A DNA stretch of 64,000 bases from Eledone cirrhosa (lineage: Eukaryota). The stretch is taken from NCBI GenBank assembly GCA_964016885.1, contig OZ024753.1, positions 27,094,001 through 27,158,000 of the forward strand, written 5' to 3'. Position 1 is the stretch's first letter. Each line of letters begins with the position of its first letter. The notes under the pieces were generated by a model. The model did no database searches. It saw only the letters and a program-made list of their open reading frames with translations, and was not told the DNA's origin. Positions 12,616 to 25,580 of this stretch are shown here, one piece after another. A program made the position numbers and the translations under genes.

Positions 12616-13043
12616 AAGTTATAGTATGTATAAAGAAAGTAGACATTAACTACAAAAACAAAAATGTTCGAAGCATGCAGAGTCTGACATACACATTTAT
12701 CATATGTAAATTAAACACAATTACATGTTTAGTTTACATATGATAATGAAGATTATGTGTACAGTGCTCAGGTGCACTACAACTCATCAAAAGTACATAG
12801 AACAATGTACAAATGCCAGGAAAGCGAACAGTGTATGAGTCATGACACACAGACACATACTAATGAGAATCAGCCCAGGTTTAAACAACAACATTAACAG
12901 GATACTTGTAAACTTCTTCAAGCATCTGATCAAGCAGATTGACAGCATCTCTTCATTACAGTGCGGACAGAAATAAATAAGAACTCAATAAAACTTCAGT
13001 AGGTTAAAAGAAAGAGAAGATGAAATAAAAATATCCAGCTCAC

Positions 13044-13154
13044 CAATTCTTTCATACTTGTAGTGATATTCTCAAAGTTGGTAGAATCAATCTGGAATTT
13101 ATTTTCTACTTTGCTTTTCAGCGTTGCTAAGTCACTTCCTTGACTTCTTAAACT
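13044..13154 (-). CDS. EFCAB14: EFCAB14-like exon 5
   Basis: ttcttctttgcag| acceptor; SLRSQGSDLATLKSKVENKFQIDSTNFENITTSMKEL; donor |GTGAG; 111 nt, open, phase 0 to 0. Confidence 0.82.
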
Positions 13155-13566
13155 CTGCAAAGAAGAACAAAAAAAATATTACTAATACCTCAGTACTTTC
13201 TATGATACAATAATGGATGAATTGTCTCTTCATTATCATTATCATCACAATTTTACATCTGTTTTCCGTCTCTTCGTTGCTACCGTGGAGTCTGTCTTGG
13301 ACACTGACCAAAAGACTCACACAGATGGTATATGGGTGCTACAAGAGGATGCTGAGGATGTCTCTGAATATTAATCAGTATGCACTGAGGATGAAGAACG
13401 CAGAGCTGTACAGGAGCTTCCCAAAGGTCACCTGATCTAACTTCTCACAACAGGACAACTCGTCTAATCCATGATAACGTGGAAAATGGACATTAAATGG
13501 TGATGATTATGATGATAATGATGATATATATATATATAAACACAGACAAGTATATTGATACTTTAC

Positions 13567-13665
13567 CTTTGACATAGTCTCAACTTCAGTTGGCAGTGCC
13601 TGAAGGGAAGGAGCTTTAGCAAGACTTGATTCTAAACTGACTGATTTTTCTTTGAGAGTGGCAAC
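13567..13665 (-). CDS. EFCAB14: EFCAB14-like exon 4
   Basis: tttgtag| acceptor; VATLKEKSVSLESSLAKAPSLQALPTEVETMSK; donor AAG|GTAAA; 99 nt, phase 0 to 0. LPTEVE resembles EFCAB14 LPTTVE. Confidence 0.88.
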
Positions 13666-14673
13666 CTACAAATTTACAGAAATATATTATCAATGGTAAC
13701 AACTGTAACAACAAGTGATCAATATTTATATTGGCAGTATCGGTGGAACATTGGACAACATGCTTTATGGTATAGAATTATGGCCTTTTACAAATCTGAA
13801 TTCAAATCCTGCTGAGGTTAGCTTTGCCTTTCATCTTTACGAGATCAATAAAATAAAGTACCAGTAATGCACTGGAGTCAATTAAATTGTCTTTCTCCTT
13901 CCTCAAAATTGTTGGCCTTGTGCCTAAATCATAATCCATTATTGATAACAAGACTCACTAATTAGAAAAGTAACTTATGTAGCAGTGAGATGACCAGTGC
14001 TAGAACTAGGTATTAGAAACAAAAGCAAGCACAGCTTTCACCATACTTGCCAAAGTAGTGATGAAAGAGTCACTAAGTAAATATACAAGTTTATACTATA
14101 TATTAGTTGGTGTAGAAAACTAGAATTGTTTAGTAATTAAATAGTTCAGAGACAACATTCACATGAAAGACCTCAATAAACAATACAATCTGTCACTAAC
14201 TTCTTGTTTGAGATTTTGATACTTTAGATCTCAGCTCAATATACTCTGTATAGGGTTTTACCCTTACATTATTTATAACCAAGCGTAGATATAGAATCTT
14301 ATATAGAATTAACTGACTTAGGGAGAAATAATAAAAACCAAGTGGCCGATGATAGAAACCAATATTTACAAGCAAATACTGTTTAACTGATTCTTCAATT
14401 AATGATCTCAATAGAAAGTAGCATTCCATGACTAGTCATTAGTTAATGTTCGTTAATTAGTTGTTTATTAATACAGTTTACTGTATCCAGATTAACTGGG
14501 ACAATCGTATTCATACCTCTACTCTACCCCCATAATCCAATTATCAACACCGGCCCATATTCCTTTCTTTAGAGACAACAGAAAAAAAAAAAAAGAAACC
14601 CCCAAAAAACAAAATGTCCACTGAGTTGTCATGGTATTGTTTGAGATTAAGATGATAATATATATATACTTAC

Positions 14674-14819
14674 TTCTTTTGTAAGTAAGGTGACATTATT
14701 CAGAATGGCTTGGAGACCATTTTTACCAGATTTGTAGTTATTAAGAGTTTTGTTCAACTCTTGAATTTGGGTGTGAAGCCGTTGAAATTCTTCAGGTGTA
14801 AACTGATTCTTTCTTTCAA
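14674..14819 (-). CDS. EFCAB14: EFCAB14-like exon 3 (coiled coil)
   Basis: cttatag| acceptor; (V)ERKNQFTPEEFQRLHTQIQELNKTLNNYKSGKNGLQAILNNVTLLTKE; donor |GTAAGT; 146 nt, phase 1 to 0. Confidence 0.88.
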
Positions 14820-17800
14820 CTATAAGATATAAGTATACAGAATGTTTGGTATTAATACAACAGAAATATATAAAACAAAACAGAATAATATAAGAAAGTA
14901 AAATGAGTGTGTGGGCATATGTATGCATGTGTACATAAACATACACAAATAACTACACATACATTATAAACACTCACACATAACTACTACACACACAATA
15001 TAGACACACACACATAAGTACACATACAATATAAATATTATCCTATTGGATTTACTGCAATACTCGAAACTGTGTGTGGATTTTTGTAATATATATTTCC
15101 CTATGGGTCAAATATATTAAATAAATACTATTTACAGTAAAAGGTCACATGGACATAACTTTCAAAAAACAGTTACCAATATAGTCATAAGAAAGATCAG
15201 TTCATAGCAACAAAGTACGAAGGGAAGTAACTCACAGCTCACTCTCGAGCTTAAAAATTATATACGTATTCATGATTTCTCTAGACTAAGCGCAAGAACA
15301 CTATTATTGGGATAAGGGTACATATGGTTGAATTTAATTATATGGACAGTATTTAGTTTATTGATTATGAAGAGATAAAATACTAAGTTAACTTATGACA
15401 GGATTTTTACATACTATTTCAATTAATTAATGAAGAATTTGGGGGGAATTACTAAAATTATTAATTATTTTATTACTAAGATAATATAACTTAATGTAAG
15501 GTTTAAATGCTAAAGGATTAAGGCTGTGAGATTTTGCTGCTATTTCTAGCAGACAGAGCAACCATGCAGAGGCTTCCTAAGTGGTGATGATAAAATATTT
15601 TATATGATAGTAATTTATAGAATTTCAACCAGACTCTAAAGACTTGTATATTCTGACATAAGATTATACATGAAGCCTTTAAAAATACAACCCAAAATGG
15701 ATCATATATAGCAAGAATGAAATTTGAACTTTTGATCTAATGATATAATAATCTGACATACGCATCATATTCCCCTGGTAGTAACTCTAATTACCTAGAC
15801 CACAACAATTTTGTCATTATTGATTTGCTATCATTAGAATATTTACTGTATAATGTGAGATAACTTGAAATAGTAGTAGGGTGGAGACAGGATGAGGTGT
15901 TGCAGGTATGTGGGGGTACTGAAGGAGGAGAGGAAAAGTGACGGAATGATGGAGGGAGGTGTGGAAAAGAAAGGGGCAGAGGCAGAGAGGTAAGGCATGA
16001 AACAAGGACTGGTGGTGGCAGGAGGAAGACAAACAGAAAGAAGAGTGAGAATATCGGGGAAGTGAGCCACTATGCAAAGATTTAACATTTTTGTCTCCAT
16101 ATTGCTAGCGAAATGTACTTTAATTCAATTAATTAATGAAGAATTTTGAGAGATTTACCAAAATTATCATTTCATTACTAAGATAGTAACATGTCTAAAG
16201 TCTGTCATAAGCCAGAAGGTTTGTTAGGTCGGTGCTTATACTGGACAGGACGCCAGTCCATCACAGGGTTAAAACCCCAGCTATTGCTGGTACCCATTTT
16301 CAGCTGAGTATACTGGAGCAACATGAAATGAAGTGTTTTACTCAAGAACACAACACGCAACCTATCCCAGTAAACAAACTTATGACATTATGATCCTAAG
16401 TCCAACACCCTTATCACTAGGCCACGCGCATCCACATATAGTTCATATAAGAACTCGAGCAGCTTTTGGCTGAGTTGGTATTAAAAGGATAAATAAATAT
16501 AAAATCTGTCATATTGAAGATGGTGAGATGATTGAATAACTGGTATTGTTGTTAGGATAACTGTCGGACAAAGATAGTTGGACTAGGTTAACTCTTAACA
16601 ACAGATGTGAAATTATTTAAAATGGGATAATTGGTATTCAGTGTCATAGCAAAGTGGCATGGAAAATGAAGTTAAGCCACAGAGGATTATGAACTCAGAA
16701 ATGAAAAGTAGTGAGCTAGGAAACTGTAAAATCATCAAAACCAGCTGTATACTATATGTACAATGTCCACTACATTTAGTTTGATAGTTAACTATTGAAG
16801 CAAGGCCTCAGAATCATAGGGAATGAGAAGCTATGAGATTGTAAAGGGTATCAGAAGTTTCAATGAAGGGAAATAAACTACAACTGGGAATGAAACCCAA
16901 CTTACTAAGAGATCATCTTTTAGCCACCTAGATTAGTAAGTAACAGTATTAGAAAGATGTTGCTATGGTGATTTAGCAATCTGTGAGTATTGATTGATTA
17001 ATGAACAGTGAAGTAATTATACGAAGGGAAATTTGAGTGAAGAAGGTAAAAAAAATATGAAAGAAGATTAGTAAGAGTATCTAATGTCAAGACCAATATT
17101 TAGTAATCATCATCACTAATGCCACCAACTTACCATAAATACCCTCACCACCATCCACCACCCATCCTCATTATTAACACTATCATTAAATTTGTTAATA
17201 TATATATCCTCTCAACCTCTAAAATGTCTGATTTTCCAAGCTGGCATTGCTTTGAAAACTAAGTTGGAATGCAATAAAACGTGACTTAAAAAGAAATTAA
17301 ATTATAGGTTAAATATTCCTTATGTGTTGCTGTACTATTGTCTAAGGGAGTATATATAAATAAATAAAACAAGATATAGTCTTTTAGGGCCCAAACCGAC
17401 CCTGGTTCTATGAAAAATGACCACCCATTTTAAAGGTTTCCAATTTAAATAAAAATCTTCCAACATAAGTTACTCTCTTAGTAATGAAATAATTAAAAAT
17501 GTTAGTAAATCCTTCGAAATTCTTCATTAATTAATTAAAATGGAGTGTATTTCATTAGAAATGCAGTCATGAAAGGGTTACTTGTCTGTTACTTGTCACA
17601 TTGGTTGAACTTCTAAAATATATTCAACATCACTTAGAAAGCCATGAATGCCACACAATTACTCTCAACTTCTTGCCTGTATATAATGTCATTAATAGCA
17701 CTGATATATAATCTCACTTAGCTCAAGTATATAATCTCTCTTATACAGGGAGAGAAGGAGGATATGAGACATTGATGTCTGTTGCAGGTAAGCTGGTGGA

Positions 17801-20800
17801 AGGGAAATATCAAAGGGATATGTAACGTAATACATTGGAAAACATGAGTCAATTATTTGTTAGGGGGTCAGTGAGTGCATCAGTAAAGAAAGGGGAGAAC
17901 AGATAGGTTAGGTACATAGAGATTTAAGGTGAAGATAGTTTGTATATAATCAAGTTCAGAGACATATAGAACATTGTAGTAGAAGTAGCTGTTGTTTATC
18001 CCAAGGTCAGCCTTAATTTAGCAGACCTATAATCAAAAGTATTCCAGCCACCACTATGCTATTTAGTTTTCAGAATAGTGCATCAAAGATTACATTATCC
18101 AGTGTATTTTCTATCCTTTTTAAGATGGCAGAATGTGATTTAAAGGACCAATGGTTTGATATTTCTAGCAGATATTCAGATAAAGTCTTAGCTGATAGAA
18201 GGGTTGACAATAAATATGTCAATACATACTGTGATAGAGCACACACACTCAACACAAAGACATCATTAGTGTGTAACAAAGCTAACAACTGATGAATAAC
18301 ACTAGAAACTGGTGGTATGTTTAGCAGGTTGGGCAGCCACATAGACTTTTTCATTGGCCATTAGTAATGGTGTGTTGCTTAAAATGTAGTGTCTTTGATA
18401 GTGTAAGGAAGTAGTTTAGTTTATAGTGGCTGTGGTAGGGTAGGGAGATAATCGTATAATGGCGTGTTTATAGTATTGTAAAGGGGTAGCTTGCTATATA
18501 GTGTCCGTTGAAGTATTATCTGGCCAGACAGGGATGTCCATATTTTTAATCAAGTGAAGATAAACCATAATACAATATTAATTTCCGCTCAGAGTAAGTA
18601 GCCATAAGGCCTACACTACTACAAGCAGTGTGCTTTATTTTGGTCTTCAATTATTAGTTTATGATATATATTTGTATAGATGATCCATTTTAAAGGGTTG
18701 CATGGATATGAAGCTATGATAGATAACACTTGTTTAACTCCCATTTACATTACTCTCCATATACTATGGTATTTTCGCAGTAAAGGCTTTATCTCACATA
18801 ATAACGCATCAATGAGATTTTGATATTATTTATTTTGAGAACAATACCTTAAAATCAGTATGCGTGGCCAGTTTGGACAGAAAGAGATGAGAGAATTATG
18901 GCCGGATACAGCCAGTTTAGATGCTAAAAGGTTAAGATGCTGTGCAGTGTTATCAAACCTAGTGGCTGCAATTTGACTATTCTGCTATATCTGCATCATC
19001 ACTTTTAATCCCCTTTTATGACATTCAGGGATAGTCTACCAATTCTAAATTAAATAAACACAGCTTAATTTTCTTGATACCAAAGTGCCTGAAACTGCTC
19101 TGGTTTTATGATACACAACTCATTTTAAAATGTCCATACTTATATCAAAACCTTCCATCATAATTTTATCTAAGAAATTTGTGTTAAGTAAGGTTTCAGA
19201 CATCAGCTTACTAACAAAAAGTTAGCTATCTCATTACATTCTTTTCTAAGTATTTCATTAGAAATACTGAAACCAAAGAGTTAAACTGGAGATCAAATCA
19301 ATGAAGACATAGAAATATGTAAATAAAGATGCAAATATTAAAACAAATTTCCACACTTTGAATAATTATATTAATAATGAATTTAGACATTTAATAAGTG
19401 TACACACAAATATACACTATTTGTGTGTGTGTGTGTGTGTGTGTGTGCAGGTGCACATGTGTATATAATGGTTGAACTATTTATATGATTTTCCTCCCGT
19501 GACACATAGCTATTAAACTGCAAATTGATCAGTGTAAATAACTGACCATCCTATTTGAATATTTGATATATGCTGTCAGCTATGTATCAGAGAAGTAATG
19601 TGAAAAGAAAGAATAAAAAAAAAAATCAAACTTTTAATGGTGGTAATATGCAGTCTTCAACTGAAGTGACTTACACACTTTAAAATGGCAATTGTTAAAA
19701 GGTTACAATACTTATTATATACCTATAAAATTAGGTGTGAAAAGCAAGTAGATTGACACATATCTAAATAATAGTTCACTATAAAAGGTGACATGTTTGA
19801 GTCAAGGTATCTTTGTAAGTATAAGGTTATCTTGGAATATAATAGATTCTAGTCAAAGGCATACATACAGTATCAAATTCTTAGAAACATAACTAGCTTG
19901 TTATGAATTTTCTATTTTTTATTTTTGAAAGAATAATCACATATATTGATATTTAAATGAATATTTTCAAAATGTTAAAATTCATGTATGAACATAGAGG
20001 CAGTGAAATTGGCAGGATAAAATGCACTGTGGTATCTGTTCCAGTTTACTGAATCCAACTCCAGCTTGGTCTGTCACCACAGAGTGATGGATTGATGCAG
20101 TGATGGACTGCTGGAATGCTGGATTGATAGAGTGATGGATTGACGGAATGATGGATTGATAGACTGATGGATTAATGATTGATGGAGTTGTTAAGGCATC
20201 AAACAAGATGCCTTGTTGTATTATGAGTTCTTGAATGGTTGGATTAATTTGTCACTTGGTTTAAGACCACCACATGGTTTATGGGTAACTGACTTTAGTG
20301 GAATTTACTCATTTAGACTAGGTTTCCAGTTTGAGGATAACTTCTCTCCCTATTACAGATCCCAATGGCCTTTAAAGAATAAAGGGCCCTACTCTTCTCC
20401 TCTAAGTAGTAAAAAAATGACTAGAAATAGGGAGATGTAGTTGATTTGAAATACCATAATACTTGGACTTAACAGACATTTTTATCAGAAAGGATTTCAA
20501 GTTATGTTACATTGGGGAGGATTTGAATTAAAAAGTCCTGATTATTATGACAGTCATAATAAACAAATTTGTACACTTTCTCTGCTGCAATTGATCTGAC
20601 ATAAGCTGACAACAATTGATCTGATATAACCTAACAGTAATTGATCTGATGTAACCTGACTGCATATAAAAAAAATTTTAGCTTCTGTCCTGCAACCTAC
20701 ACAAACCAAAGGATGAGAATAACATTTCTAAAAGCAAGAGATATGAAAAATATCTGGATCCACTATGTACTCATAATATTTGTACACACTAATATATGAT

Positions 20801-21986
20801 ATACCTTCAAAATCATATAGAAATTTAGACAGTGAATGAGCTTCCAGATAGTTGCTTGAGTTGCTCAATATAGCAATATGTAAATAACAAAACAGTGGAA
20901 TAAATCTTATACTATAAGGAAGACACTTATCCCTTCTTTAGATGTGTGTGTCTATTATATATATATTACTGCTTAGTCAAGTAGGGAAGGCCATGGCCCA
21001 TGAAACTAGCAGAAAGAAGGGAGCAAAGTATTCTGAAACCAGAGAAGTTGTCTGAATGTTTGCAACAGAGTGAACTGTGGCACCAAATGTTTGGCTGTTG
21101 GTCTTTAAATGGAGAACAGATTAAGATTAGGTATACCACCTAATAGGCCATATAGCAGTATTTTGACTCAGCAAAAGATGGAACAAATATGGCAAGGTAT
21201 CTTGTACAAAGCTCTAACAATTTCACCATTCTACCACTCTGGCTCAGTCCTGTATTTCACCAATCTACCACCCAGGCTCAGTCCTATATTTTATCAACAC
21301 TGACAGAATGAAAGTCAAAGTTGACCCTGATGGAATTAGACGTGTTTAGGTTAAAAATTGCTAATGTGGAAGTAAATACAGTGTTGTAGAATGGTCATGG
21401 AGGAGGGAATCTGTGAATAAGGGATGTGAGTAGTTTGTTAACTGTATGATGTGAGACAAGAGTTTGAAACAAAACCTGGATCAATTAAAATGGAAAAGGG
21501 GCAGTGAAGTGAAGTGAAAGAAGTGAGCATATTGACAAAAAGACACATAGTCCAGAGTTGACTATACCGAGAAAAAAAAAAACATAGGATAATCGCATCT
21601 GGAACATTTCTAATTATAGGCCTGCTTAATCAAGGATGACTTGGGGTTAAACAACAACAAATTAAAATCCACACACACACAATGCAACATAAAAGTAAAA
21701 AATATAACCAAACTATTTTTCATTTTCTTTTTTGAAAATTCAACAAAAACAATATATTTGTAACACAATCTTAGCAATACTTTTCCCTGAAATACTATGG
21801 TTAAGATGAGCAACAACAAGGATAAAATAAAATAAAAAAGAACAAAACAACAAAGCCCGTTGGAATGTTAGAAAAAAAAACAACAACTAAAAAGCATACA
21901 AAACATGCAGTTAGAAACCATGCGGTTAATAGGGGAAGAATAATTTGTGTTGCTGAGGTGGCAGATTTGGTAAAAACAAACTTTAC

Positions 21987-22135
21987 CTGTTTCTAATTTT
22001 TTCTGGAAGTAGTCCAAATTTTTCCGTAAAGCAAAATGCATCCAAAGTAGTGTTCCACAGGCAACTAGACAAGCTAGCAATACTAAAAAACCGGAGACAG
22101 TCAAGCATGTCGTACATACATTCGAACGACTCCGT
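21987..22135 (-). CDS. EFCAB14: EFCAB14-like exon 2 (CxxC + signal-anchor TM helix)
   Basis: ttttatttctag| acceptor; (K)RSRSNVCTTCLTVSGFLVLLACLVACGTLLWMHFALRKNLDYFQKKLET; donor G|GTAAA; 149 nt, phase 2 to 1. Matches the recalled EFCAB14 segment CKICYPLCGFVILAACVVACVGLVWMQVAL. Confidence 0.9.
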
Positions 22136-22825
22136 CTAGAAATAAAACAGGGAGGTGGTAGTTAGTAGAATTAGAAACACCCATCCCAAAATGAATTAAG
22201 CATTATTAAATAAGATTAAAACAGATGTTTCATATTTTCAAATTTGCCATAATCAAATACACATTGTTATGATTCTTTATGTGTATAATTTTATTGAGTT
22301 GTTTTCCTAAAGACAATATTTATTGATTGATATTAATCAATATCAAACCAGATAATAAAGTAGCACCAATTTCAATTTTTTTCCAAGATCTTTTTTTCTC
22401 CAATTTGTTGATTGGTTTGGTGAGAATCAAGGGAAGCAAGAATAATCATCTAATTTTGTTTCATTACAAAATAATCTGTTTGATTAATCTTCAGCACACT
22501 GAATTTTTTAATGAATTGCTTCCCCCGACACTGCAATATGTATTAAGGGGAAATTACGCTATTGTCACTGACAGCACATTCCATGTATTTTTGTTCCATT
22601 TAATCTTAGGTCAGTCATATTAAATGTTTTTTACCAGGTAAGTTGGAAGGGTTTGCTTGATGAAACCAACACCTTTGGTTTCACCAAGTAGGATTATTTT
22701 AATATACAATAACTAGATCCCATAACTAACTGTATTTGCCTATTTATAGCCGCAAATGGAGATGAATATCTTTTGCATTCAGAATTCCTGACTGGTAATG
22801 AAGTCTATTTTTTCCTGTCATTATT

Positions 22826-23130
22826 ATAGCGCCGAGGTTAACTTTGCCTTTCATCCTTACGGGGTCGATAAAATAAAGTACCAGTAATGCACTGGGTAAT
22901 TGCTGGCCTTGTGCCAAAAGTAGAAACAATTATTATAGCGGTGAATTGGCAGTATCAATAGAGGGTCGGACGCCATGCTTTGACGCATAGAGTTACGGCC
23001 CTTGCCATTCTGAGTTCAAATCCCGCCGAGGTTAACTTTGCCTTTCATCCTTACGGGGTCAATAAAATAAAGTACCAGTAATGTACTGGGTAATTGCTGG
23101 CCTTGTGCCAATAGTAGAAACAATTATTAT
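22826..23130 (+). mobile_element. same SINE family, partial + full tandem copies
   Basis: Sequence near-identical to 47426-47800. Confidence 0.8.
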
Positions 23131-23436
23131 AGTATATTGAATCTATCAATTAATTCCCTAAATTATTCATCATTTTAAAAATGATTTGAAAATTATAGGC
23201 AATATATTTCATTGGAAAGGGTTTATACTGAAGATAAATTCAGTTTAAGAGAAAAACAAATATTTTTTTATAAATTCAAAACTATCACCCGATGCTTTAT
23301 ATTGAATAAGAAATGAAATAAAAATTATACTATTTTACTATTTACCATGTGAATAATACAAAATATGGTAAAATTTCTCTGTCAGCATCAACATCCTCAT
23401 CATAGATGTCTTGTTCCATGTTTAGATTTTAATTAA

Positions 23437-23698
23437 CCACTTTGATACCAAATTGATAAAAACTGCCCATGGTTCTATAATGCAAAATTGTTTATTTGAA
23501 AGTGTTTATATTTATCTACAAAAAAACCCCTTCCATCATAATTTTACTTAAGAACCTTTGTTAAGTTATGTTCCAAACATCAGCTTAATAATGAGACACT
23601 TGGTTATAATACTAAACTGTTACAAATTCTTGATTATTTTTGTAATTAATTGAAAATCATAGGCAGTGTCTTTCATTAGAAATATAGTAACGAAAGGG
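23437..23698. mobile_element. older, distinct TTAA-type MITE
   Basis: TTAA|CCACTTTGATACC...TAACGAAAGGG|TTAA; decayed relatives at about 17385-17580 and 19065-19285. Confidence 0.55.
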
Positions 23699-23759
23699 TT
23701 AATAATATAAATATATTTAATCTCAAAAGTGTTCACTATTGTAGAAAACATTTACAATC

Positions 23760-24210
23760 TGCAATAGGTGTGAAGGATGATCTTTTTAACTGGTTGAAGT
23801 CCTTCATTCTCAGTCGAAGAGATGTAGTCACGGTTCTAGGACACCATTCCTCACCGTATGAGATGTCATCTGGTGTACCACAGGGATCTGTTCTTGGCCC
23901 CTTTTGTTTGTGGCATATATTAATGACATAGATGCCAACTTAAAGAACGCCACAGTACAGCTCCCATGACTTTAGGAATCATTTTTTCACGCTCAGAGTT
24001 GCTGCATCAGTTGTTAGCTGTTGAGACACTGCATCCTTTAAAACCTCCATGCTTCCTGAGATTCGCCAACACTATACCTGACGTCCCCCCACCATACACA
24101 TGCACGCATGTATTTCATGACATTTGTACATTATTCTATGTACTATACATGCACCTTTGATGAGTTGTAGTGCACCTGAGCACTGTACACAATAATTTCA
24201 TTATTATTAT
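23760..24210 (+). mobile_element. internally deleted copy of the same CR1-like family
   Basis: 23760-23958 closely matches about 63010-63210 (GVPQGSVLGP region), then jumps to the ORF2 end and 3'UTR with an (ATT)n tail. Further 3'-end fragments at about 50935-51145 (+), 11850-11930 (-) and 12745-12860 (-). Confidence 0.85.
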
Positions 24211-24714
24211 AACATGTTGAAGTGGTTTCCTCCAATACTATATAACATGTTGAAGTGGTTTCCTCCAATACTACATGAAAAATTGTTAAACACACAGATA
24301 ACCATTAAGTGAAATAAATAAAGCAATTCAAGTATATACACTTATTTCACAGCAGGCTTATCTTTTAAGTAGAAACCCTTGTTGCAAATTGATAATCTAC
24401 TTCATTCAGTTTGACAGATTCAATAGAAATTCTGACTAACTAACATTTACCAATATATTTGCTGTTTCAGAATGGGGAAATCAAAGCATTAATCAATAAA
24501 ATGTGTATATAAATATATAGATATAATAGTAGTATTTATATATATATAGTAGTACTAATATCATAATATAGTTATAATTCTAATATTAATGGTAGTAATT
24601 ATACTCATTTACAGGGTGTTTTTTTTAGCTCAATGCAATGATGGGTTACACAGAGCTGTTAATATATATGTATATTGCTAGCACGGAAGATGGATGTTAA
24701 ATGATGATGATGAT

Positions 24715-25580
24715 GGTGTATCATCATCATCATCATCATTTAACGTCTGTGTTCCACGCTTGCATGGGTTTGGACGGAGGGTTTTCCCACTTGAGGCAAG
24801 AGTGGTTATCTTGCTCGCATAGGACTATCTGGCGGGTTTTCTACAGCTGGATGCTCTTCCTAACACCAACCACATTTACAGTGTGGACTGGGAGGTTTTT
24901 ACCGTGTTGCCTACACGGCCACATTACAGCGTGAACTGTGTTTTTTGACGTGACACCTACACGATCTCATTTGTTTCGGCCTGGATGTTGTGGCACCAAC
25001 ATAACTTTACATTGAAAGGGGCGGTGTGGATGGGGTGGGGGTGGTGGGACGGGGGTGTATTTTGTTAGAGATGCCTACTGACTGTAGTAGGTTTAACTTT
25101 GTATTTAGGTAAGGCGGGTCTTCTCTATTACTGAGTACCGCCAAAGGTCTCGGTCCAGTGACATTGTCTTGGTGAGGTGTAAGTGTGTGAGGTCGGAATT
25201 TATCAGCTCGTCCCAGGTTTTTCTGGGTCTGCCTATTCCGTGGCTACCGTCTATCTTTATTGCCCTGCACTTTGTTATACAGCTATCGTCCTTCATGCGC
25301 ATCACGTGACCATACCAACGTAGCCTTCTCTTGAGTAAACAACATCTGATCCCTCTTATTTCTAATTTTTTCCTTAGTTCGTTTATGCTTTGCCGTTCAC
25401 GCATATTACTATTACACATCCAGCGGAGCATGCAAGCTTTGTTTCTCTCTAGTCTGCGTATATCCTCTGCACACAATGCCCAGGTCTCACTGCCATGCAA
25501 CATTGCTGTTCGTATGCAGGCATCGTACAACCTGCCTTTCATTTTTAGGGAGAACCCTTTAGCGGCTAATAGCGGTATAA
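24715..25580 (-). mobile_element. RTE-clade LINE 3' fragment (close relative of 49330-50160)
   Basis: ORF 25105-25698 KMKGRLYDACIRTAMLHGSETW...RRLRWYGHVMR...GRPRKTW; shared 3'UTR with (GAT)n tail. Confidence 0.85.

Noticed and set aside
19982-20206. 74-aa ORF with SIHHS/SINPS repeats
   Set aside because: Degenerate GATGGATT satellite with no splice support.
20575-20700. Extra exon after a gtgtag|GTT acceptor-like site, with a 25-bp x3 repeat
   Set aside because: Early stop in the phase-0 frame, no clear donor, and exons 2 and 3 already join in phase.
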